A DNA stretch of 64,000 nt from contig MU004230.1 of assembly GCA_010405405.1 (NCBI GenBank), positions 840,627-904,626 on the forward strand. Direction: 5' to 3'. This DNA comes from Microthyrium microscopicum (lineage: Eukaryota). Numbering within the stretch: position 1 is the stretch's first letter; every line of letters starts with the position of its first letter. This document shows positions 36,909-47,781 of the stretch, piece after piece. The notes below the pieces were generated by a model. It ran no database searches, was not told the origin of the DNA, and saw only the letters and a program-made list of their open reading frames with translations. Made by a program: the position numbers and the translations under genes.

Positions 36909-37878
36909 TTAGAAGACAAGCTGCTTTCCGGCATCGACACTCAGCATTGGACTTCCAAAACCGTATCTCAAGGCACCTTCTTCGTAAGCTTCACCAGCTG
37001 TCCTTTGATGCGTTGCTGGCCACAAGGTTTTTCGATCTTCATAATACTGCTTGTGGAGATCTCGCTCACTAGCACAATTGTATGTAGCATAAATTGCTTT
37101 CCTATCTTCATTGCTGGTGTTAGATCCCGATCGATGGGCAAGATATGATCCAAAAATGAGCAGTTCACCTTTCAAAACAGTAGGTCAGCAAGGAATGTAG
37201 AACCCAAATCTTCTCGACTTACCAGCGTTCAATTCAGCTGGGATCCATCGTTGGGCAGTCACCCAATTGTGCTCGATACAGTTGTCTTGCTTATTAATGG
37301 GAACTTGCATTGCATGGCTTCCGCTTACCACCTCGAGCCCACCATTTGTCATATTAGACGCATCAACTGCTAAGAGAATGGTAAGGTGCTTGATATCCTT
37401 GACATGTGTATATGCAGTCGAATCAATATGCGGAGCAAAACCACCTTCAAAGTGGTCAGTAACTTCAGCAATCCCTGAGATGATTTGAGGCTACTAACCA
37501 CTGCCGGCGAGCTTGTAGTTGATCTTTTCTTTGAAAAGAAGCATGGGCTCTCCAGCGAGCTGACCAAGAATACTTATAAGTTTTTCACTTCGTAAAATTC
37601 CATTGAACCCCGAATGTGCGTCTACAAAGTTCTCGGTTCGGCAGAGGACTCGCTCCCCAGAAGCGTTTATCTCCTATATCATTTTAGCAAAACGCAGCTT
37701 TTGAAGTTGACGATTCTCTTACTTCATATGGCATAAACTCGGAATGTGGCGTGGGAGTCCAATCGTGCACTTCCTGTGTCCATCGTTGTACATCTTGGAC
37801 TTCATCTTGAGAAAGCAAGTCTCTTATAATCAAAAAGCCATTCTGATCAAAGAATTTGAGCTGTTCCTGAGACACCAT
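36909..37878 (-). CDS. phnY: PhyH-family Fe(II)/2-oxoglutarate dioxygenase, PhnY*-like (2-aminoethylphosphonate hydroxylase-like); introns 37674-37722, 37445-37498, 37169-37222
   Basis: Spliced: FFDQNGFLII...MPYE|EINASGERVLCRTENF...LLFKEKINYKLAGS|GGFAPHIDSTAY...AVDASNMTNGGLEVVSGSH...|GELLIFGSYLAHRSGSNTSNEDRKAIYATYN; HxD...H triad and 2OG-binding Arg; adjacent to phnZ. Confidence 0.87.
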
Positions 37879-38126
37879 TTTGATATTGTGTTCAAATCTC
37901 TCAGCCTCGTTCGACTAGCGCAATCTTTTATGGCTGCATGTCCTCCCGGCGCCATCGCCGAACGATTGTATGTCGCAAATATATTCCTTTTGCCTAAGGT
38001 TTTCACGGCAGCCTTGCCGAAAGATATTAAATATGTAATTGGCTGTTACAAGCTTCGACCGCATAAGCTCAAGTACGGTACGGTAGCAGTAGCAGTAGCA
38101 AGATAAATCAACGTTCGTGGTTGGCA

Positions 38127-38250
38127 CACGTGCTATCTTCCACCATTCAGCAGCCATCTTCAGATGGGAGATCGGCAGAAGATCTGCAGTTGAGGTGGGT
38201 TCGACTTGCTTTCCAGCCACGCCAAGATATCAAAGAAAAGCATGCACGTT
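38127..38250. promoter_or_regulatory. Candidate PHO (Pho4/NUC-1/PalcA) boxes in the divergent phnY/permease promoter
   Basis: CACGTG at 38127-38132 and CACGTT at 38245-38250 within the 672-bp intergenic region. Confidence 0.45.
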
Positions 38251-38550
38251 CAATTTGCTGGTTTGCGATTGGAATTTCATTTGGAGGCTGGCAAGGCCTG
38301 GACTCAGTGGACTGTATAGAATACTCCGGCAAGAAGACCGAAATGCTTCAGAATCCTACCGGTGACCTGAGCGATCTTTGTTTAGTCTCTATTGGAATGG
38401 AGGAAACCGAATTGAATCTGTCAAATAAGACAATTCTATGGCTGCGGATAGAAAGCAGATAACAGACAATAAGGTATATAAGGGAGCAGTTCGTCTACAT
38501 GAATTGTATCCAACTGGACATCAAGAAAGACAACCACCTCCACCTCCACC

Positions 38551-40421
38551 ATGACAGACTACGACCTCTCCGATAAGAAAGAAGGCCTTGAGCCTAACAT
38601 TCATTCTAGCAGCGATAGTAACAATGGCCAACAACAAGTCGTCACGTTGGTGGAAGAAGGTACAGTTTCAAAGATCACAAAGACTTCTTCTATCATTATG
38701 GTTCTGATATCGGGGCTTGCTCTTTTCTCTGATGGCTACAATGCTCAAATTATTGGTTACATGAATCCCTTATTTGCCAAATTGTATCCAGAAGCATTCA
38801 CCAAAACCATAAAGACGCGCCTATCAAACTCCTATCTCATCGGAGAAATCTTTGGCATGCTTTTCTTTGGATATGCCATCGACATGCTCGGTCGAAGGAC
38901 AGGAATTTTCTTTGCGACACTTTTCCTAGTCTTGGGAATCATTCTCGCTACCGCGGCACATGGAACGACACAAACTGGCTTGTTCTGGATGATGATTGTT
39001 GGGCGTGGTGTTGCTGGCTTTGGCGCTGGAGGTGACTGCCATCCAGTGCTTTTTATTGATCTGCTGATGCTAACGTCCTGGATAGGCGAATACCCAACTT
39101 GCGCGACGGGTTCAGCGGAAGCGGGCGATGAGACTGAATACGTTCGACGCCGCCGAGGCATGCTTGTAGCCGTCGCCACAGATTTTGCGATTGACTTTGG
39201 CTTCGTCATTGCGGGAGTAGTCGCTCTTATTGTTTTGGCAGCATACCATCAAAATATTAGCGACGGAGTTTGGCGAGTTAGCTTCGGGCTGGGATTTATC
39301 TTGCCAGTCGCATTGTTGTTTTTTCGATTGAGGCTTGTCAACAGCACCCAGTACCGGAAACACGCCATCAAGCACAACATTCCATACTGGCTGGCGATTA
39401 AGAAGTACTGGGTGCCTTTGCTCGGAGTCTCGCTTTCTTGGTTCATGTACGATTTTGTGGTAAGTCAATCATTCTTAATCTTTGCAAGCCATGGAAAGCA
39501 GAGCTGCTTGGGTTTGATCAGTACAAGATCACGAACAGAGCCAACGCGCTCAAAAGACAACACGGTTTTTGCAATATCAAATCGTATTCCCCATCGCATT
39601 CCATGGCAACCATAGCACTCAATTCGGAACGCATCTTATGGTAGCCATCGAATGCGATGGGAGATGCGAGCTTCTTGGTTCATCGGATATCATTAATAAT
39701 TCTGGTTCGAAATGTGGTTTACACGGGGAAAGCCGTTTTGTTGGTTAAGATCCTCGAGCTAACAGACATCTAGACTTATCCGTTTGGCATATTTTCGAGC
39801 ACCATCATCGGGACACTAAATCCGAACGACAGCTTGGTCCAAAACATTGGCTACGGCACTGTCGTCAACTGCTTTTATCTTCCTGGTTGCATCGTCGGAG
39901 GATTCTTAATGGACAAAATCGGACGCAAACAGACCATGTCGCTGGGTTTCCTACTTTGGGCAATCCTCGCTTTCATCATCGGCGGAGCAATCGGGCCAAT
40001 CCAGTCTGTATTCCCTCTCTTCGTCGTTCTGTATGGCATATTCAACTCTCTCGGCGAGATGGGACCTGGTGTAGCTACATTCGTATGCGGTGCTGAATCC
40101 TTCCCAACACCTCTCCGAGGCCACTTTCTAGGTTTCGCTGCAGCTGTTGGCAAAGCTGGAGCTGCCATTGGCACCCAGGTTTTTACTCCAATCCAGGACT
40201 CGTTCGATGACCCGCAAAAGGGCGTACAAGGCGTGTTCCTGATTGGGGCTGCATTTGCTCTGACGGGATGCATAATTTCCTGGTTTATGATTCCGGATAA
40301 AGAACGAGACCTGGAGGATGAGGATGTCAAATTCAGACTGTATCTGGAGCAGCATGGATATACGGGAACATTTGGCGAAAGTCTTGAGGAGGAAATCAAG
40401 ACTACAAACTTCAAGATCTAA
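38551..40421 (+). CDS. GIT1: GIT1-like MFS glycerophosphodiester/organophosphate permease; introns 39032-39085 and 39460-39773
   Basis: SGLALFSDGYNAQIIG, GMLFFGYAIDMLGRR, GRGVAGFGAG|GEYPTCATGSAE, WFMYDFV|TYPFGIFSSTII, GEMGPG...AESFPTPLRGHFLGFAAAVGKAGAAIGTQ. Confidence 0.88.
39582..39669 (+). repeat. 34-bp inverted repeat (hairpin) within intron 2 of the permease
   Basis: Arms 39582-39615 and 39636-39669: 28 Watson-Crick pairs, 3 G-U, 3 mismatches, 20-nt loop. Confidence 0.9.
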
Positions 40422-40581
40422 GATATTGCTATTGGGAGTATATTGCTTAATTTCAAAGTTTTTTGTAGTCGTAATACATGAAATCGTAAGAGCTTGTTAC
40501 AGCCGTCCGAGCGTCGACAATGATAGTCGATCGATCGAGACATTGGTCCTGTTGCCTATGACAAAGTTAGTTCTCGTCATT

Positions 40582-42166
40582 TCAATCGTTTATGGAAGCA
40601 TTGTATATCTTACGATGGTGGAAGACAGGCGTAGATGCTCCACTTCGTAGCATGCCACTGTTACGGTGGTTGAACACGGGTGTGGTAGTTCCACTCCGCG
40701 CCATGCTATTGATTGTACTTGACGACCTGTGGTGCTCCAAGTGAGACATGACCCGACTGCCAGGACGGCTACCGCCAGTACGCTCTCCTCGATAATCACT
40801 GTGCCTGTGTTCGATCGGCGGTGGTAGACTAGCAACGCGGAATTGGCGAACATCTGCAGCTCGAGTAGTGGCAGGCAAAGATGCTCGCGCTTCGGAAAAC
40901 ACTTTAGTCCAGTCTCTTGCAAGTCGACTCGCTGCATCTTCTGTCATTGGCCTGAACTTGTCCATGAAAGTCTTGATCGCCGCCTGTTCTGTTGCCTGAA
41001 TATCAACCTTTCTCTTTTGCTTCTTTTTCCATAAAGAGTCTCTGAGCTCTGGCTCTAGCATTACATTCTCTGCAATGACAACTGCGATCTTTTTGAGCAG
41101 TAGCAAAGCCTGAATCATGGTTTGATCTTTGGGATGGTTTGAAACAGCCGACATTTTGAATCGTTCCTCCGCTTGAGTTAAGATCCATGGTTTCGGTCGA
41201 GCTAGGTCACTAGAGTTGGTTGAATGGGCGTACGATATCGCATCCATCAGCTTATTATCCCAGAAGCTCTTGAGGTATTCCCGTGTCTCTTCAACTTCTG
41301 TTTGCCGCCAATGATCCCATTGGGCTGTCATAAATGCTAGTCCAGCATATATCAAAGTGATCAAGGCATCGGTGAGAAGTTGAGTGGTGCCGAAGATGAG
41401 TGTACTCGGAGCAGTTTGCTGCCAAAGTCTTCGAAATGAAAATGCAAAATAAATCGCGAGTAGTGGAAATGAGATGATGAATGCAATGAGCTGAGTGAGG
41501 TCGGCTGTACTTATGCCCAACTTGGTCCAACGCCGGGGAAATGTGAGCCGATAGATCATCTCTGGGGTCTGGCATACAATGGCGACAACACAGAGAACCC
41601 AGTACACTTTAAGAAATCCCATGATTGTCGAGGGTGAAAACAGATTGAGTTGAGAGCTGTGTGGATTATGCGAATAAGCAAGCGATTTCGTGACATTGGA
41701 GCCTTGACCAGCATGCGCTACAGTTGCGACGAGTATTCCAACTGCAAGCCCAGTGTATTTGACGGCTTGGAATCGAACGTCTTTGTTTAATCTGTGAACT
41801 GATGCAAAGGATGTCATCTGTTGTAGTAAGAGGAATAGGAAGCCTACGTCCCAGAGGTATGTGAACATCAACAACATATAACGTTGATGCGCTGCTATGC
41901 TTGGTATTGTAGAATCCGAAACGCAGGCGAAAATGGCTCCGGTCATTCGAACTGTGCCTTGGTTAACTTGACGATTAGATTCAATTGGTATGTGTATGCT
42001 TACTGGCCGCCATTGCCTGGAGGGGCCATACCGACACATTTTCACTGCCTTTTCGTACATAGCTGGTGGAAAGCAGGAGTACTTCAACTGCAGCATATAC
42101 GACAAACGTTGTCAATGAGATCGGCCATGGTGCTGGAAGGAAGACTGCCTGTGAGAGATTCGACAT
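40582..42166 (-). CDS. Uncharacterised multi-pass membrane protein with a long soluble C-terminal tail; intron 41952-42003
   Basis: Exon 1 MSNLSQAVFLPAPWPISLTTFVVYAAVEVLLL...QAMAA splices (GTAAGC..CACAG) into the 507-aa ORF; roughly 6-7 hydrophobic segments, then a charged and Ser/Arg-rich tail. Confidence 0.7.
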
Positions 42167-42859
42167 CTGAATACCAATTGGGCCAGTCCAGTGCAAAAGC
42201 CCTCGAACTGGACGAAATCACAACATGGAGGTTTGTGTGAGAAGGTTTGACATTTCAGGAAGAAATATTGAAAAGTCGTTCCTTCAACACGTGAAGTGGA
42301 GATGTTTGATTCAAATCGCTTACAGCAGACAGCCTCCCCCCGGTACTGTAGCCAGCCACTGCAATCATTGATCAAAAGCACGATTTGACGCCAAAAAGCT
42401 CCGACGAGGCTGCATGGAGAATTTAGAGCCAATGAAATGCATCATCCACTGTGGCACTAAATGGGCGTAAAATAAGCGTCGGCCAAAGCGAGATGAATTT
42501 CATTCATTTGCAGGCTGCCAGGCATTATTTGGTAGCGTAAAAATCTGATCACTTGAAGCAGTGGCGTTGCTGGACAGACCACGTCCACCATGACAAACTG
42601 TCGTGCGTCTCACCCTACTCCATAGAACTTCCTCGTCGGTCCTTATGGTGCAATCTTTCCAGGCAAAGTCCGTGGGGTGGGATGTTTTCGTGAAGGGGCG
42701 AATGCACCGCGATACTCGACAACAAACCTGGTCGCGAGCACCGCAGTAGGTGTTCAATAATTAGCATGAACTGTACGACTGCGGACAGCAGCGTGAACTT
42801 GTTCGAGGTGTATGTTGGATGTGACCCTGGTCTCATATTCTACGCCACTACCTGCCTCC

Positions 42860-43629
42860 CTGCTTGCCTGCCTGAGTAGATCTGATCATTGCTTGTTTCT
42901 GACCACATGCATCCAAGCAATCGAACTCGTGTTGCTCAGAGCCTCAGGAATCGTGATGTGCACGCGAGGTCCACGCGATTCGTCTTTGCATTTTGCAAAG
43001 ACTTGAAACCAAAGACACGGCAATGCCAAGCTCGAACAGGCAGAGGACTAATAAGAAAGAGGAAAAGTGCGCGCGGAGTTTAAAGTTCGTTTGGCGCACA
43101 TCAGCGCCCTGTCTGATGATTGCCAAGTTATGGATGCAAATGGCTGACCGTTAGACCCTTGAAAAGTCCCGATTAACCAGTTCAGACTTTTTGACAGGTC
43201 TTGGTATCATACCAGGAGCCCAGTCTGGAACAGTGGAAACCAGAAAGATACGCGTTTGTTTTGATATTGCAATTTGCAAATAATAGAAAACAGAAATGGA
43301 ATTGAAGTTGTCGAAGTCTTGATTCCTTGAAGATGATGTTGAAGACATGGCTTGATTTGTGCAAGGTTAAGATCAAGTTAAAGTGGGTACCCGCAGATTT
43401 GCAGCAAGGGGTCCGGCGGTCCGCAAATCTTTCAGGGGAAAAGTTGGAAACAGTTGAGGTTGAGGTCCACAGGAACACACGAGTCCAGCTTGTGAAGCTT
43501 GAAGAAAAAGGGCTATCTTTAGATTCCCTTATTACTATGGAGAACCTGGTAGGTAATACCGGTATCAAAGACCTGCCTAATCCCATCTACAGTGTAACGC
43601 ACGAAGTGGCTTCAACAACCTCTGATTAA
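42860..43629 (+). pseudogene. Possible decayed F-box gene
   Basis: LPACLPE*I*SLLVSDHMHPSNRTRVAQSLRN resembles an F-box motif broken by TAG and TGA; a protein-like fragment follows at 43327-43629. Confidence 0.3.
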
Positions 43630-43977
43630 GTTTATATCATTTATATCCATTTTACCTCATCAGCATTGTAATTTGTCTGGAGTTGGAGTCTATCCAAGCT
43701 CATCTACAATCGTCAATGAATCTCTGAGACTCTCATTCGCCTGATCTCTAAATGAAGCTATTCTGGCCTGGTAAACAAAAGGAAAAACCCAATTAAAGCG
43801 AACCCGCGATAATTCAAACTCCTCTGCTATGCGTCAAACACCTCAAAAAAATGCCTTGAGACCAAGCAATCAACAATGAAACAAACGCTATAACAATATT
43901 TTTCAGTCCGCATCAGGGTTTTGGGCGATTCCTAACCATCTTGTGCCTAAATATTTGCACTGACGAGCGCCAAAAGC

Positions 43978-45873
43978 CTAATCTTCTTCATCAAGCGGCA
44001 GGGGAGCGATAACCTCAAGGCCTTGTTGTTGTGCATCCGTCAGCAGCTTGTCGGCCTTATTTCGCGAGTCGCTTTCGTCTCGCTTTCCATCAGATTTCTG
44101 GCGCTCTTCTAGCTCATCTTGACTCGCGCTGGAAGTAGTGTTTGGCTCTTCGGTCTGACTGGTCGGTTCTTCGGCTCCAAGTCCGTGGGTTTCATCGGCT
44201 TCGGCTGTCTCTCCCAACAAACCTCTAGCCTTTGGTTCGCTGGCCTCATCTTCAGATTCCTTCGCCAAAGATGTTCTGCTTGCTGCTGAGCCAGTTGACG
44301 CCCTCCCAGAGCTTGGATGCTTGTCGTCCAGGTCCTTGTCCAATGGTCTGACCGCGCTTGGAGCTCCGTGAGCTCTCCATGTGGCAACACGTTTTGCTTC
44401 ATCCTTTCGTGAGGATGGCTCCTGCTCTTGCGAAGCATCATCGGCCGTCTTGGGTGGAACGTCCAGATTTTCTGGTCCACTCTGATCTAAGCCAATCCAT
44501 TCATGACCCCAAGCATCATTATCAACACCGTAAACAGTCTGACCATTTCGATTGAGGTCGCGAATGTCGCTCCAAAATTCGAGCTTTTTGCACTGCTCAT
44601 CCACAACGTTCGCGGCCTTGAGCAATGCCTCAATGTACCGTTTCTCGTCATCTTCTTCGAGCTCTCCCCGATTCTCATGCTCTTCCCTATGAGCTTCCGC
44701 AGAATGGATCTTGTCGGTGAGAATCGCAAGCAGACGGCGACACGAATGCTCGTAGAAAAAATAAGACATGATGTTTGGCATCTAGATGAGTTAGCAGAAG
44801 AATTTAAAGATCTGCAAACTCTAGTCCCTTACCTCATCAGCCATGTAGTATAGATCCGGTCCGCCACGTTCAAGAAAGCCTTTGATTAATGAGATACGTT
44901 CGCTGTCCACTGGGGCCTCTTTCAAAGCTCGAATCAAAGTCCCGATATCTTCGATGTCTTGCTCTTGCCAGGACGCATCTTCGTCTTCACCCCATTTGCG
45001 AGTACTTGTTCTGGTTTGTCCTTCACTAATAGGACTAACCAGGCCAGAAGTAATCGTCCTGCTCTTGATATTATGAATTGTAAAGTAATCTTGAGTCATC
45101 ATATGTGCGTCGCCAAAGGCCTTGCTGAGCGTTTGATCGACTTTCCTTGTTCTTTTTCTTATCCATCTTCGTCTGCGCACGAAAGAATGAAACCACGGGT
45201 GGGTACCGTGCCAGCTAAAGCCTTTGAAATTGAAGCTGTACTCCCATCCTTCCTCATCGATATCGCGACTCATATCAACATACCATGTCTTCCAAGCCCA
45301 CTGCCAGCTCGGGTCTGGTACCTGGGCGTTTGTAATGTCAACTCGGCTCCTCTTGTGCTCTCCATCGACCCAAGAAGCCGGGTCTAGTTGTCCCAAGGCT
45401 TTATTGGAAAAAAGAGGCATTCCGCAAAGAAAGACACCTCGCTGGTTCTCATACATGACATCGATAGCAGAGTCGGGCCCATTGGTGCGCTTCTTGGCCT
45501 TTTTACCACGGAGTTTGTCCTTGACACGCGTCTTACTGCGGTCCAGAGCACTCTTGCCCCAGCTAGACTGTCCTTGCTCCTCGTCGGTAAGCTGAGGGCC
45601 TTGTCCACTGGGACCTGGCTTATTCTCGGCCCTCCCTTCACCGTATCGTGACTCTTTTCGCTTTCGATGGTCTAGCAGGGACGAAGCGTGTGTCAAGGTT
45701 TTCGAGAGGGAGTGATGGATGGACGGGCTAGCTTGGCCGGCATCGCTATGGTCTTCGATCTCAGAAACCTGTTCCGTGGACGGGGCGGTGTGGTCTACGA
45801 GGGAAATGCGAGCTCGTGGTTGATCTGTGCTGTGTCTAGCATGGCGAAGACTTGATGAATTTTCTTCAGCCAT
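43978..45873 (-). CDS. Dysferlin (DysF)-domain protein, Spo73/Mug65-like; intron 44782-44832
   Basis: IDVMYENQRGVFLCGMPLFSNKALGQLDPASW...PDPSWQWAWKTWYVDMSRDIDEEGWEYSF...FVRRRRWIRKR; exon 2 KKLEFWSD. Confidence 0.88.
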
Positions 45874-46470
45874 AGCTCATCGCGGTGTTTAGCACCAAAG
45901 AGCCTTGTGTATGGCGATGTCCATTTGCAAAAGGTAGCTAGCAACTGGTTAATTCACGAGATTTGAAGTGGTGAATGGAGCTGCAGGAACTTGAAGTTCT
46001 AACAGGTACTTGTTGAGAAAGCTCGACCTAGCTGGGCATGCCTGAAGAGATTCAGAGCAGTAGCTGCAGCTTCGAAATGGTGGATGTTTTAGCTGCAGGC
46101 GCGAACTGTTAGTCGCTGTCAGTGTAGTCTGGTAAAAGGTAGTAGCGGTGGACTGTGGTGTTGGAGACTTGGAGTGGAAAGTGGATCAGCCATCAAGCTC
46201 ACAAGCTCACATTTGAAGCTCAGACGTGAACAACGCAGATCCAGCCCCAGAAAGAGCGACGTCACTTTCTTGGCACTGTTCCCAGCCTGCCAGCCTGCCA
46301 GCCTTGCCTTGCCTTGTGACATGCTTCAACATTGAATGTTGACTTCATTGGTAGCCTGTCCCCGCTCTGGTCCTTAAACCTTTCTCCAACAAAGTACTCT
46401 CTACAACTCAAACCTCTCTCACCACAAAACTCCCTTTCCTTCAATCAACTACGGTACTCCATCTATTACA

Positions 46471-46995
46471 ATGTCTCGTCGTCCATTGGCACTCGCCGGT
46501 CTTGTTGCCGCAGGTGCAGGAGGCTACTACCTGTACTCTGCCGGAGGCGACCCCAAGGTTGCCGAGAAGCAGTTTGAAGGTAAGAAACCGTCGACAGCCG
46601 TCATTGACCTGAGCTAACTGTTCTGATGATAGCCGATGCTGCTGCCGCATCAAACAAGGTCAAGAGCAAGATTCCTGGCTCGGGCAAGGAAGCACAGAAA
46701 GACTTTGAGCTCAACGCGCAAAAAGCAGGACAGGCCTTTGACAACGCGGTAGGTTTCGACCTCTAAATACACAAAATGGCGGTCTAACTTTACATTATAG
46801 CTTGCCAACGCAAAGGATCAGACACATAAAGTTGATGCAAAACTAGAGAACTACCGCGCCTCCGCTGAGCAGAAGATCGACAACGCTCGCAGAGAGACTG
46901 GCAAAACTCTCAACAATGCCGTCGATAAGTTTGACTCGACAGTCGAAAAGAAGGCGTCAGAGAGCAAGAGCTGGCTAGGAGGTTGGTTCAAATAG
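46471..46995 (+). CDS. Small single-anchor, LEA-like helical protein (probably mitochondrial membrane); introns 46580-46632, 46749-46800
   Basis: Spliced MSRRPLALAGLVAAGAGGYYLYSAGGDPKVAEKQFEADAAAASNKVK...NAVDKFDSTVEKKASESKSWLGGWFK*. Confidence 0.85.
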
Positions 46996-47781
46996 ATTTG
47001 ACAGTTCTTACAACAATATGATGAGTTGATGAGAGCGTTGCACGTGCATGCTGGCGAAAGGTGTTGGCTTTCCCAACTTCTGCCTTCAGTGCCTTGGATT
47101 ATGTCAAGATGTTTTCCTGGCTTTGGATCCAGGTACCAATGTTCGATACTCAATGTTCAATTAACCGCTACTTTGTTTGTATTGTTTGTTGATACATGTG
47201 CCTAGGCCACTGTTTACTCCATTTTCTTGGCGTGGATTCATTGAGTCCATCTCCCCTCTCTAATAATCAATGGCATGACTGCCAATAAATCCGATATCAC
47301 GCTCCTAATAAGTATATACGAGAAGCTAGCTTTCTACGCCGTGGGTATATTATGTTAATGACAGAGTCACGAGTCGTTCAGCTGTATCCGCAACACGCTT
47401 ATGGGGGTGAGCCAAATCAGACATGTCAACACTCAAGTTCAAATGAACCATTTTCTGCCGGACAGTTAGTCAACATCTCGGACGTCCTACACCAAAGGAC
47501 TGGTAGCTGATCAACCGACGTGGCCAACATGTCACGATATCGCGAAGCTGAATTCACTTGACACGCTTCGACTCTGGCTAGTCTCGCTAGCAATGACAGA
47601 TTTTTAGGTCAGGTTGACATGCCAGACACTCCATCAACTGCCCACTGAGACCCCAGTGACCCCAGGATCAGAGTGAGTGAGTGTCAGGTCCTGACTGAGC
47701 CACATCACCTTGGTCTCTAGAAGATATAAATCAGCCTTCAGCAGCTCCAATTCCAGCAAATCAGATCCTACCATACCAACC

